A program made the translations under genes and the position numbers. A stretch of 64,000 nt of DNA from Owenia fusiformis (taxonomy: Eukaryota), in assembly GCA_903813345.2 (NCBI GenBank), contig CAIIXF020000001.1, forward strand, positions 13,888,001 through 13,952,000, read 5' to 3'. This document shows, one piece after another, positions 13,745 through 26,857 of the stretch (positions are counted from its first letter, which is position 1; every line of letters begins with the position of its first letter). A model generated the notes under the pieces. The model had not been told where the DNA came from. It ran no database searches and worked only from the letters and a program-made list of their open reading frames with translations.

Positions 13745-14010
13745 TGTAAACATGTGTCAGTATCATATGTTTAAGAAAATCTAAACGTTTGCGAACAAAT
13801 AGTTCAGAAGATGATAGAATCATTGATATAACACATCACTTCTGTTACTTAAACGGAGCTTCAAAAATGGTTAAGATGTGAACTTTTAATCCCAGATCTG
13901 TTCACTTGATAATAGTGAGGTATTGTATCGATGATTCTGTCATCTTCTAAATTATTTGCTTGCTTGCTTGTAGATTTCTTAAACATATGATACTTACACA
14001 CGTTTATCTT
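13745..14010. mobile_element. Fold-back MITE-like element
   Basis: AGTATCATATGTTTAAGAAA at ~13758 and its inverse TTTCTTAAACATATGATACT at ~13975, with further imperfect pairing inward. Confidence 0.65.
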
Positions 14011-14911
14011 GGAAATTCTACCTACAACTCGTGAAATAAAGAAAAAAGAAAAATCGTACCTTCTAGTACTATTCTAGCCAAGGGTGGAGTACCAGTGTAC
14101 ATGAACTGTAACAGTAGTTTCATCATAGTTAATGATTATGTTAATTTGCATAATTTCCTACTTGTAATAAGACTATTAATATGCCAGAGGTTCAGATTAT
14201 CAGGAAAACAATACTAGACATGAATGGCAAGTTTTTTGAAAAATTACTAGTATGAGTTTTTACTAGTATTTCCAATTACTTGTAATTGAAAGTTAAACTT
14301 GCAAGAAATCTCCAGGGCCTATCAAACTCCCATTTGGTTTGGGCATTCCGCTTCCTACTGACCCCATGATTGACATTATCATTGCTGGCATTGTCCATTT
14401 TGACCAGGAATTTATCCATTTACACTATTTTCGGACAAATTTTGAGTTTCAACTGTTTTACAAAACATCCCATAATTTCATCGGAAACCGTATAATGCGC
14501 TTGAACGGGATACAGGTTAATTGGGCAAAATATTTGCATAGATTTTTCAGGCAACCATTCCTTGGGTTATATCCTATATTGTATGTTTGTAAAACACCTG
14601 AAATCTTGCAAGAAAAGTTTTTATCGGAAAAACTTTTGGAAGAACTTCTCTATATTTAACAAACATGTGGTTAAACAGGGCTGGTTAAAGCTACAAATAA
14701 AGGAGTTGGGCAAGAGTTGGAATCATTCTGAATACAACTTCATGTAGTTCCGGTCCATGTCAAACTTATACAAATGGCGAGTACATTGTATTTGGAAATT
14801 TTTTCTTGTATTTGTCAAATTACTTTTAAAATTACAAGTATATGAATGGGGATCTGAAACTGTGATAAATACCACTATTTTTGTTCAGTAATATCAAAAC
14901 TGTTGTAAAAT

Positions 14912-15280
14912 TACATATTCTTAAGCGTCTAACAAGTCATCATAGACAAATGGTATTCTCTTCATTCTTTCCTTGTAGACTTTATTAAAAAGCTCATTCT
15001 GTGCCACAGTAAAGTGTTGTTCCATGTTTTTTGTCAAATAACATTCTTAAGAGTCTAACAAGTCATCATAGACAAATGGTATTCCCTTCATTCTTTCCTT
15101 GTAGACTTTATTAAAAAGCTCATTCTGTGCTACAGTAAAATGTTGTTACGTGTTTTTTGTCAAATAACATTCTTAAGAGTCTAACATGTCATCATAGACA
15201 AATGGTATTCCCTTCATTCTTTCCTTGTAGACTTTATTAAAAAGCTCATTTTGTGCCACAGTAAAGTGCTCTTTCCATCC
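14912..15280. repeat. 126-bp tandem triplication of most of the SULT B terminal exon
   Basis: Stop-codon TTA (+ strand) recurs at 14921, 15047 and 15173 with the same adjacent exon-6 sequence. Confidence 0.9.
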
Positions 15281-18200
15281 ACCAACTACCCCTGAAATAA
15301 ATGTAAAATATTTAATAGCAAATCACATATAGTTGTTGGATCAAGGATCATTAGAATGTACATTTAGTTGATTTGTATATACTGTATTGTTTAGAATATG
15401 AATGCTCAAATATGAAGTTCTCATAGACTGTCATGAATATAGGGTTGGTAAAAATGTTGAAATCTTTGTACACTGTAGATGTTTTCATACTCCGATCATC
15501 AAAGTTCAAGAAATCAGCTCAACTCTGTAAAATTAGTAACAGTGCTGCTGCATTATGGTTTCATAAAGAACTGAACAATGTCATTTTTTAAAGGAGTTAA
15601 AGTATTTTTGAATTGCAGTAAAGAACCCTGTATCATTCTTCAGATTTGAAATGATAATGCAGTATGTTTACATTAAATATGCAGCCTATTAGAGGAATAA
15701 TGACAGCAGTAGAATAGGTGTAAGATACCCATCCCCTATGGGCATAGCCAATCATGAGGCAGACAAGACTATTGCCACAGAGGGATTTTATATGAAAATA
15801 TTAATTCAGATATACCAGCATTTTTCAAATAAACTGAAAATGAAATCTAACAATTGTAATACTTTATATTCACTTCAGCTATTGTAAATTGTCTCATCTA
15901 TTTTAAGATCTTAGCTATGCCCCCATCCCAGTTACATTTATTTCCCACCCTTTACTTGTGATAAGATGAGATAATTATTACATGTTGATAATCAAATATT
16001 AAAACCTTTTCTGAACATCACATCTGCCCCTCTTCCATCTCTTGCATATGGATCGTATTCTTGATTGCGAGATTGTATAACATCAATCTTTGTTTCATCA
16101 ACCATTTTCTTGTAATCTTCTTCACTCCAACTTACACCTAAATAGTCAGCTATCTTCTTTATGGTACCAAGTGTATCCTTAAAATGTACACATCCATTGA
16201 TTACCCTATTCTTTATTTGATTGATTGATTTATGTATATGAGGGATATAACGAGGAATACCATTTTGATCTTAACTGCTTATTCAATCGAGATTGGGAGT
16301 TCATTTTCATGGTACATTTACTCACTATCCCACTGAACAAATTTTAAGAACATTTTTCAAGGTGGCTACTGAATTCAAAATGGCCACCATTTTTATGAAG
16401 AAATGTATTTTTTGATCAAATAAATACCAGTAATTGGATTTGATACAAATTTTAGAGGCTTTTTGTGCACAGTGTTCAGCGTTTGGTAGTCAGCATATGT
16501 AAGAATGGCATTTGATGACACTTTGCATGTTAATGCCTTATTGTGAAAATTCATATATTGAATCTCTTTGAATTAAAAAAATCACTGTACTATACTGACA
16601 TTTTTGGTTTCTTCATAAGTAAGGAACAGCATATCAACATTTTCTGCTAGTTTCTTGTATTCTTGTACATGCTTGAACCAATCATTCCATGCCACTATAA
16701 ATATAAGATTATCCAGTGTTAGTTAGTGTTGTATAAGTGTGTTGAAGGTACAAAAATTAGAAATAGTAAATGAATTATTTTTTCATTTTTCTTTATTAAA
16801 CAAGAATATAATACTACATGTATATAAAGGAAGAAATCAAAGGAAATTGAAGTGTTTCAAATTTACTGTAAATGTCTACATTTGCATGAATTGCGATGTC
16901 CTTTTTGGCTTTATTATCCTATCGAACAAAGTTCTGAGGGATATAGGGAACCCCTCCGTCCGTTAAGCTCTTCTGAGCCTGGAGGCCGTGTTCCCAGCAA
17001 AGTAGGTGTCGCTTAAATTGGCCAAACACGGGACACAGTGGTTTGATATGGCACATTGGTGAGGTATACCACATGGCTAAGAATAAAATAAATACCAAAT
17101 AATAGAAGAACAAAGAGTTAAAAGAATAAAGATATTCTCAATCTAACAATACAAGCAGCCACCTCAAGACAACCATCTGTAAGTTTTTTTTACTATAATT
17201 CGAAAAAGTACTGGAGTGATTTTGTTCATATTTGATATGTGAATATAATAAGCATGGCACACTGTCTAATGACATTTTGATTAGTAGGTGGCCATTTTGA
17301 AAAATGGCCGTCATTTACATGTGCGTGTGTGCGATTTTGTTAAAATTTTATATGTTCCTACTTACATGTAGAAGCATATTACACATTCTGACAATAATTT
17401 GACTAGTGAGCAACCATTTTGAAAATGGTCGTCATTTTTGTGTGTGTTATTTTATGATTTTTGCTATATACTTCGTTTGTAAAAATGCCAGCCATATCAC
17501 TTCTATGGGATTGATTGGGTAGGCTTTGGTGTTGCTGTTTTCTAGTTTACATTATTATTTTCAACCCTATACATTACATCCTTTATGATGTTAAGAAAAT
17601 AATCTAGTTATTTTACCCTCTCCTTTAAGCCAGTTAGGCAAGTAACCTTCCCATGTGCCATTATAGCCATAAACAAGTGCTGCTGAATGGTGCTTGTATA
17701 AACTATATGCTGCATCTTTGGGATGACGGACAATGTTGATCACCTTGCACTTGCTGAAATATTATAAGTTAATATTTATATCTATACACTGCAATTCAAT
17801 GCTAAAATGACACAAAAGTGATTTTTTCCTAAATGGCAAAAAATCTCATATGATAATATGTACTGATTTTATCAGTAGATATCTCAACCTTTTAGATGGT
17901 ATCTATTATTATAGGATACCATATTCTCTCTAATGAGCACACAGTTCCAATGAGAGCACATGCTACTTTTATTTTGAATATGGTCTCAATAAAACATGAA
18001 GTTTAATGCATTATCCCACCAAACAAAATTTGTAGGGATATAGAGTTCTGGATAAATGGAAGCTGAATTAAAACATGGCTGACATTTTTGTAAAAAAACA
18101 TAATATTTGATAACTGAAATATCAATGGCAGATTTGGTTGAAATTATACATACCGATGATCGACATTGGTATACAGTAGATCTTTGCCAAAGGAGACAAT

Positions 18201-20167
18201 ATTACTCAACTGTTTTTCCTATTTAAGATAGTCCTTAAAATATGTTTTGTTTGGTGGGATTTGCTACTCCATGGAGTGGCTGTTTTCTAGTTTCGATTAT
18301 TTACACAACTATATATTGATTGATGATTATATTTAACTTTCATTAGGGAGAATATGGTAGTAATAAAGTTTGATAATTCTAAACTTCTTTAATCTTGCAA
18401 TAATAAAGAAAATAACAAAATTCTCCACACAATCCTGGAGAGAGCACTTATGCCTATGTGCATAAAATGTCTTACTTCCATACTGTCTTTGGAATTGAAC
18501 TTGGTAGCTGGTGTGTTCTGATAATTCTGGGAGAAGGCACTGAACCTATGACATTCTGTGTCACCAACTCAGGCATACAGAACTCTTCCATACCCTTTGG
18601 GGCCTCTTGTAGGTCATGTGTCAGCCTGTATACTATATTCCATGTCCAATGCTGCCCTTTGTAAATAGAGAGAATTAAATGATGTACAAGTCGGTAAGTC
18701 AAGGCCATACCTAGGATCAAAAATTTGGAGAGGTTGATAAAGTTTTTATTACAGAGTTTGAAAACAGCAGCCTGGCTGTCAATGACAAACACCTGCCATT
18801 GCTTACTGCCAATGGCAAACACCAACCATCACTGACTGCCAATGGCAAACACCTGCCATTGCTGACTGCCAATGGCAAACACCCATCATCACTGACTGCC
18901 AATGGCAAACACCTGCCATTGCTGACTGCCATTGGCAAACACCTGCCATTGCTTATTGCCAATGGCAAACACCCACCATCACTGACTGCCAATGGCAAAC
19001 ACCTGCCATTGCTGACTGTCAATGGGAAACACCTACCATTGCTTACTGCCAATGGCAAAAATTGCCATTGTCATTGTTAACTGCCAAAGGCAAACACCTG
19101 CCATTGCTAACTGCCAATGGCATACACCTGCCATTGCTGACTGCCAATGGCAAACACCTGCCATTGCTAACTGCCAATGGCAAACACCTGCCATTGCTGA
19201 CTGCCAATGGCATACACCTGACATTGCTGACTGCCAATAGCAAACACCTGCCATTGCTGACCGCCAGTGGCAAACACCTGCCATTGCCATTGATGCAATT
19301 ACAATACCATTGAATAAACAAGTTGCTACAAGGTTAATGGTCAATAGACTGAATGCTAACATGTTAAGTTATGAGAACAATGTATTCAACCTTAGTCATT
19401 AACCTTACTTTATTTACATCTACATGGGCATATATTAACGGCTGCATTTACTTGATAGATTTGCCAACCATATAGTGTCCTTATTTTCAACCATTGTTTC
19501 AGGAGCAAGGCATTCTTCTTTGGTCTGATTTATTAAACTAAAATCTGGAATCTTGTGTTGTTATTGTTCTTATTAAAGGATTTAAGCCCTGAACTCAGTG
19601 CATTGTTTGCTGAATCATACCATGAAGGTGTTGTTTCCAAACCTTTGCATGACTGCGCAGGGGGAATGCAAAGTTTAGGAAACAACGCCTGAGTGGAATG
19701 AAGCAGCTACAATGCATTGAGTCTTGGGCTAAATTATTTTCACACATTGCAAATTTTTTCTCTATAAAATCATCTAAAAGGAACAAAACACTAAAAGAAC
19801 ACATTTTCAATGACATTTTTTGCAAGGGTCAAGTTGGCACGTCATCAAATCCAATGTGAAAAATCCATTCATCACCATGACAACTGTTTAACTAGTGACC
19901 TTGCATGTGTTATTGATATTTCACACCAACAACAATGCATAACTTACCAGACCTTGGATATGAAAAGAACCATATGTCATCAGCCCTGACTTCAAAATCT
20001 TTCATGAAATCATGAATCGTTGGTCTAACATACTGTGGATAGTTATATCCGTCTACTTTGTGCACAGGGAATGGTTCTCCCAGATCATCCTTTATGATTG
20101 TAGGTGTTCCTTTAGTGACAGCTATATCATCGAAAATTCCACCTACTGCATAGTTTATTTCTGCCAT
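15173..20167 (-). CDS. Cytosolic sulfotransferase copy B, apparently intact, 307 aa
   Basis: Exons 20167-19948, 18656-18476, 17753-17617, 16694-16600, 16177-16006, 15291-15173 (220+181+137+95+172+119=924 nt); motifs [15 protein letters not shown] (5'-PSB), [17 protein letters not shown] (3'-PB), FLTYEE, FRKGVVGGWK. Confidence 0.92.
16913..17548 (+). mobile_element. Related HINE-like element in SULT B intron 3 (shorter relative at ~30202-30400 in copy D)
   Basis: Same termini: TATCCTATCGAA...GGGATATAGGGAAC at the 5' end and TTCTATGGGATT...GTTGCTGTTTTCTAGTTT at the 3' end. Confidence 0.65.
18773..19290. repeat. Same 30-bp minisatellite, ~17 units, SULT B intron 1
   Basis: Same unit at the same intron position. 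Confidence 0.93.
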
Positions 20168-23126
20168 TTTCACCCAGTCCTCTGAACTATCAAGTCCAGT
20201 TATATCTGTTTGACCTACACAGATTCCATTAAAGGTGTAGTATGGCCATATATGATTGCCAGAATTGAAAATTAAATGGCAAGAAAGGTATTTTATTCTT
20301 TTATTCTATACTTTTAATGTTATAGTAATTTAGTTACATATAGTAAATTAAGATGTTCCAATGAGGTAGCCAGGAAGAAAAAAGCGACGAGGCAAAAAAC
20401 ATTTCCAAACCTTGCCTTGCTTGCCCAGCAATAGAAGAACACGATGATAGCCCTTAGGTAATGAGATTGTTCACAATTGAATCAAAAATTGATAATTTAA
20501 CTGCTTAAAACACAGATCAAGAAAAGGGATGAGTTTGCTAAGATCCATTTATTGTGAGTGTATTCACAAGAAAAAAGCGACGAGGCGAAAAATATTTCCA
20601 AACCTTGCCTTGCTTTCCTGGCAATAGAAGGACATAATGATAAACCTTACTTAATGAGACTGTTTACAATTGAATCAAAAATTGATGATTTAAGTGCTTA
20701 AAATACAGATCAAGAAAAAGGATGAGTGTGCTAAGATGCATTAATTGTGAGTATTAACTATAAAATTGAAACAAGCTTTCAAGAGTTCCTTACAATACAA
20801 ACACCAAAACACAACAATTATTATCAGATATTATTGTACACTTACACCTTAATTAACAGTCAAGTTCCTTTTTAAGGTTTATAATAGGATTCAGAAGCCT
20901 GTTAAGTAATAGTTTCAATCATTGTAGAGCCCATTTTGGCAGTTAGTGATATTTTTTGTAGATAGAGGGGTGTTTAATAGCACAATATACCCGTTATAAG
21001 TTAAATTGGTGGTTGAATAAATATACAAGTACAAATAAGTTATGCCTCCCAATAAATGTGTATACCAATAAAAAGATAAGACTTTATATTTGATTATATT
21101 TTATTATTTTATACTGTTTTGAATCAGCCTTTATTCAAAATGGCTGTCATACATATATTTTAAATATAATGTATGATTCTACCTTTAAAGCACTTAGAAT
21201 ATCAATTAATGCAATGTGCATATATTTTTTTTTATCAAAAACTACCTCTCAGATAGTTAATGATTAAATGTCTTGTAAACTTTGAACATAGCCATGACAA
21301 ATCATCATGATAAATCAGCCCTGAGATGTTTCAAGTGAAACAGAAAGATGATATGAGTATCAGAATGATGACAAATGTTCTAGTGAACTACTGCACTCTT
21401 CAAACTAGTAACCAAAACAGATTTGTTTTGGTAACAAAATATTGGAATGTATTAGAATATCAATGTAATGTTGATAAGTTGCTGGTTGCATTCATTTACC
21501 ATTCTAGGTGCTGTGATATCTATGTAAGAACTTGTTGGGATGAAAAATTAATTGGTTTCTTACAAATCCATGAACTTTTAACCTTCAATAAAACCAGATT
21601 TTGCCATATAAACCTAAACTCCAGGGCTTACTGAACCCAATTGGTTTGGTCCTTCTGCTTCCTACTGACCCCATGATTGACAATATCCTTGCTGGCATTG
21701 TCCTTTTTGACCAGGAATTTATCTATTTACAGTATTTTTGGACAAATTTTGAGTTTCAACTGTTTTACAAAACATCCTACAATTTCACCGTAAACTGTAT
21801 AATGTGTATGAACGGGATACAGGTTAATTGCGCAAAATATTTATAATATAAATTTTGCAGCCAACTTTTCTCGGGGTTATATCTTATATGTTTGTAAAAC
21901 ACCTGAAATCTCGCAAGAAAAGTTTTTATTGGAAAAACTTTTGAACTTTTGGGAAGAACTTCTCTATATTTGACAAAACTTGTGATGAAACAATCATTCT
22001 GAATACAACGAGTTTCGGGACCATGTCAAACTCGTACGGATGGTTAGTATTCGGAAATTTTTTCTCGTATTTGTCAATTAATTGAGTATACGAGTGGAGA
22101 TCTGAACCTCTGATGAATACCACTATTTTTATTCAGTAATATCAAAACTGTTTGAGATGTTTTCGTAAATTGACATATTCTTATGAGTCTAACAAGCCAT
22201 CATAGACAAATGGTATTCCTTTCATTCTTTCCTTGTAGACTTTATTAAAAGCTCATTCTGTGCCACGGTAAAGTGTTCTTTCCATGCACCAACTACCCCT
22301 GAAATAAATTGGGTAACATAAGAATATAATTGATTTGTATATATTGTTTAGAATCTGAATGCCCACATATAAGGTTCTTAAAAGACTGTCATGAATGTAG
22401 GGTGGGTAAAAAACATTAAAATCTTTATTAATATTTTCATCCTATATTCATCAAAATTCAAAAAAATGAGCTCAGCTCTATAAAATTAGTCAAAGTGCTG
22501 CTGCATTATGGTTTCATAAAGAACTGAACAATGTCATTTTTTTCATATTAAAATATTAATTCAGATATATATTTTTTAATTAAAACTGAAAGTGAAATCT
22601 AACAATTATACAGTAATACTTTATTTTCGCCTCACCTATTGTAAGTTGTCTCATCTATTTTTAGAGAGTGGCTATGCCTGACCCCAGTAACCTTTATTAT
22701 ACACTTTTTACCTGGGATAAGGAGATATAATTATTACATGTTGATAATCATCATATACTAAAACCTTTTCTGTACATTACATCTGCCCCTCTTCCATCTC
22801 TCGCATAGGCATCATATTCTTTATTGCGAGACTGCATGACATCAATCTTTGTTTCATCAATGATTTTCTTATAGTCTTCTTCACTCCAGCTTACACCTAT
22901 ATAGTCAGCTATCTTCTTTATGGTACCAAGTGTATCCTTAAAATATACACATCCATTGACCTATTAAATTAAATTTAATTGATTGATGTCTACATGGGAA
23001 AAATATTGAGGTACAGTATGACATTTTGTTATTGAATGCTTATTTGATCCAGATTGAACAAGGAGTTCATTTTTCATAGTTTAAGAACATTTTCCAAGGT
23101 GGCGTAATTCAAAATGGCCACCATTT

Positions 23127-24397
23127 TTATCCCATCGAATGAAGTTCGGAGGGATATAGGGAACGCCTCCGTCCGTCCGTCCGTACGTCTGTCTGTCCGG
23201 GCGATAACTCAAATACCGTTTGCCCAATTTTGTTCATATTTTATACACACATGCCCTATGAAGGTAGAAGTTCTGCTCAAAAGCCGATTTTCAAAATGGC
23301 CGCTCAATTCAAAATGGCGGCCATTTTAGTGCCGATTTTACAGTAATTTAGGTGCAATATGTAAAACTGTAATAGCAATATGTTTTAAATGTAAAAAAAT
23401 TATGAAGGACATTAATAAAGCTACAAATGTAGACATTAAAGAAGCACATGGCAGCCATCTTGAAAAATGGCGGCCTTTACTTGTTATTTCACGATTTTTG
23501 CTATAGCTCGAAAAGTAGTGGAGCGATTTTGTTCATATTTGGTATGTGAATACTATAAGCATTGCACACTGTCTAAAGGCACTTTTGGTAGAAGGCGGCC
23601 ATTTTGAAAAATGGCCGCCATTTTAACGTATTTTACTATAACTCGAAAAGTAGTGGAGCGATTTTGTTCATATTTGGTATGTGAATACTATAAGCATGGC
23701 ACACCGTCCTATGACACTTTTGGTAGAATGCGGCCATTTTGAAAAAATTTTTGAAAAATGGCCGCCATTTTAACGTATTTTACTATTACTCGAAAAGTAG
23801 TGAAGTGATTTTGTTCATATTTGGTATGTTTCATATTTTATATGTGAATACTATGGCACACTGTCTAATGACACTTTGGGTAGTAGGTGGCCATTTTGAA
23901 AAATGGCCACCATTTTTACGTTTTTTACTATAACTTGAAAAGTAGTGAAGCGATTTTGTTCATATTTGATATGTGAATACTCATGAGCCTTGCACACTGT
24001 CTCATGACACTTCAGATAGTAGGCGGCCATTTTATAAAAATGGCTGTCATTTTTACATTTTTTACTATAACTCGAAAAGTAGTGGAGCGATTTTGTTCAT
24101 ATTTGATATGTGAACAATTTAAGCATGGCACATTGTAGCCATTTTGAAAAATGGCCACCATTTTTATGTGTGTTATTTTACAAGTACATGTATGCGATTT
24201 TTCAAAGATTTTATAGGTGGCTACTTAAAAGCATATTATTTCTTCTGATGACAACTTGGCTAGTGAGCAACCATTTTGAAAATGGTGGCCTTTCTGGGGT
24301 GTTGTTTTATGATATTTGCTATATATTTCGTTTGTAAAATTGCCAGCCATTTCTATTCGATAGGATTCGCTACATTTTGGCGTTGCCGTTGTTCTGG
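23127..24397 (+). mobile_element. HINE-like element with ~140-bp tandem core in SULT C intron 4
   Basis: 5' ATCCCATCGAA, 3' inverted TTCGATAGGAT, (GTCC)n microsatellite; the empty site is visible in copy A (~7620-7640). Confidence 0.8.
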
Positions 24398-26490
24398 TTT
24401 ATGAAAGAAATGTAATTTATGATTAATGAAATACCAGCTTTCGGATATGATTCAAAATTTAGAGGCTGAAGTGTTATGGGAATAGGACCTCTGGAGGACA
24501 AGCAAATTCCAATATGGCAACTTAATTCACAATTGCTGCCACTTTTGAAATATTTTTAATGAATAGTGATTTAATAAATGTAGGGTGGTCCAAAAATGTT
24601 ACTCAAAAAAGTCCCATTTCTGGCACCAAAAACAAATCCCACTAAAATGAAGTACATCATTACTGGAACACCATATTACGAAAAAGTACCTTTTGAATCC
24701 CCTGATATTTAAAGAAATCACCATATAATACTGACATTTTTGGTTTCTTCATAAGTGAGGAACAGCATATCTACATTTTCTGCTAGTTTCTTGTATTCTT
24801 GTACATGCTTGAACCAATCATTCCATGCCACTATAAATATAGGATTATACAGTGTTAGCGAGTGTTGTGTAAGTATGTTGAAGGTACAAACTTAGAATTA
24901 GAAATAGTTAATGGATCATTTTTTTCATTTTTTAATTAAAACTTTTATTTACCAAAAAGCATGTATAAAACATATGGACAGTGCACATTGAAATATATAC
25001 AAATGGAAGAAATCAGATGAAATTTAACTGTTTCAAATATACTGAAAAGGGAATTTTTACACATTATTATTTTCAACCCTATACATTACATCCTTTATGA
25101 TGTTAAGAAAACAATCTATGAATTCTTCTAAGTTATTTTACCTTCTCCTTTAAGCCAATTAGGCAAATAACCTTCCCATGTTCCGTTGTAGCCATAAATA
25201 ATTGATGCTAAATGATGCTTGTATGAGCTATATGCTGCATCTTTGGGGTGACGCACAAGGTTGATCACCTTGCACTTGCTGGAATATTATAAGTTAATAT
25301 TTATCTGCAATTCAGTGCTAGAATGACACAAAAGTGATTTTATTATTTCTTATTTGAGTGATTTTATTACATCTTATTTGAGATGTACATATATGTAATT
25401 TTGAATATGATGGAGTATTATTTAAAAAACATTTTAAAGTTGATTTTTTTACAGTAGATGCCTCAACCTTTCAGATGGTATATATCTTATTAGTGGATAC
25501 CATATTCTCTCTAATGAGCACACAGTTCCAATAAGAGCACTTGCTCCTTTAATGTTGAATTTTGTCTCAAGGAAACACAAAGTTTAATGCATTATCCCAC
25601 CAAACAAAGTTTGTAGGGATATAGAGAAGCTGTCCATCCATTCGTTTGTTCGTTTGTTTGTCTGGACGATAAATAAAATACCAGTTGACAGGTTTGGTTC
25701 AAATTTTGTATGCCTATGCCTTATGAGTGTAGGACCTCTGGTTGAAATTTTGCATACTGATGATTGACATGGGTGTAGATCTTGCCGAAGGAGACAATAC
25801 TAATTAACTATTATTTCAACTTTTATTTCTATCATGTACAGTTCAAAATGACAAGATAGTCTTTAAAATATGTTTCGTTTGGTGGAATTTGCTACTCCAT
25901 AGAGTTGGTGTTTTCTAGTTTCGATTATTTACACAACTAGATATTGATTGATGATAATATTTAACGCTCATTAGGGAGAATATGGTAGTAATAAGTTTGA
26001 TAATTCTCAACCTCTAAAATCTTGCATTTAGAAAATAACAAAATTCTCCACACAATCCTGGAGAGAGCAATATGCCTATGTGCATTAATTGTCTTACTCC
26101 CATACTGTCTTTGGAATTGAACTTGGTAGTTGGTGTGTTCTGATAATTCTGGGAGAAGGCACTGAACCTATGACATTCTGTGTCTCCAAATCAGGCATAC
26201 AGAACTCTTCCATACCCTTAGGGGCCTCTTGTAGGTCATGTGTCAGCCTGTATACTATATTCCATATCCAATGCTGCCCTTTAGAAAAACAGAGAATGAT
26301 ATATATACATTTATATAGTATGTTATGGGCCTCTTGTAGTTCATGTGTCAGCCTGTATACTATATTCCATGTCTAATGCTGCCCTTTGTAAATAGAGAAT
26401 GATGTATAAGTCGGTTAGTCAAGGCCATAGCTAGCATCAAAAATTAAGGGGAGTAGATTAGCTTTTATTCCAGGGTTAGAAAACATCACC

Positions 26491-26857
26491 CTGACTACCA
26501 ATGGCAAAAACCTGCCATTGCTGACTGCCAATGGCAAACACCTGCCATAGCTGACTTCCAATGGCAAACACCTGCCATTGCTGACTGCCAATGGCAAACA
26601 CCTGCCATTGCTAAATACCAATGGCAAACACCTGCCGTTGCTGACTGCCAATGACAAACACCTGCCATTGCTGACTGCCAATGGCAAACACCTGCCATTG
26701 CTGACTGCCAATGGCAAACACCTGTTATTGCTGACTGCCAATGGCAAACACCTGCCATTGCTGACTGCCAATGGCAAAGCACCTGTTATTGCTGACTGCC
26801 AATGGTAAGCACCTGCCATTGCTGACTGCCAATGGCAAACACCTGCCATTGCCATTG
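26491..26857. repeat. Same 30-bp minisatellite, ~12 units, SULT C intron 1
   Basis: Same unit at the same intron position. Confidence 0.93.
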
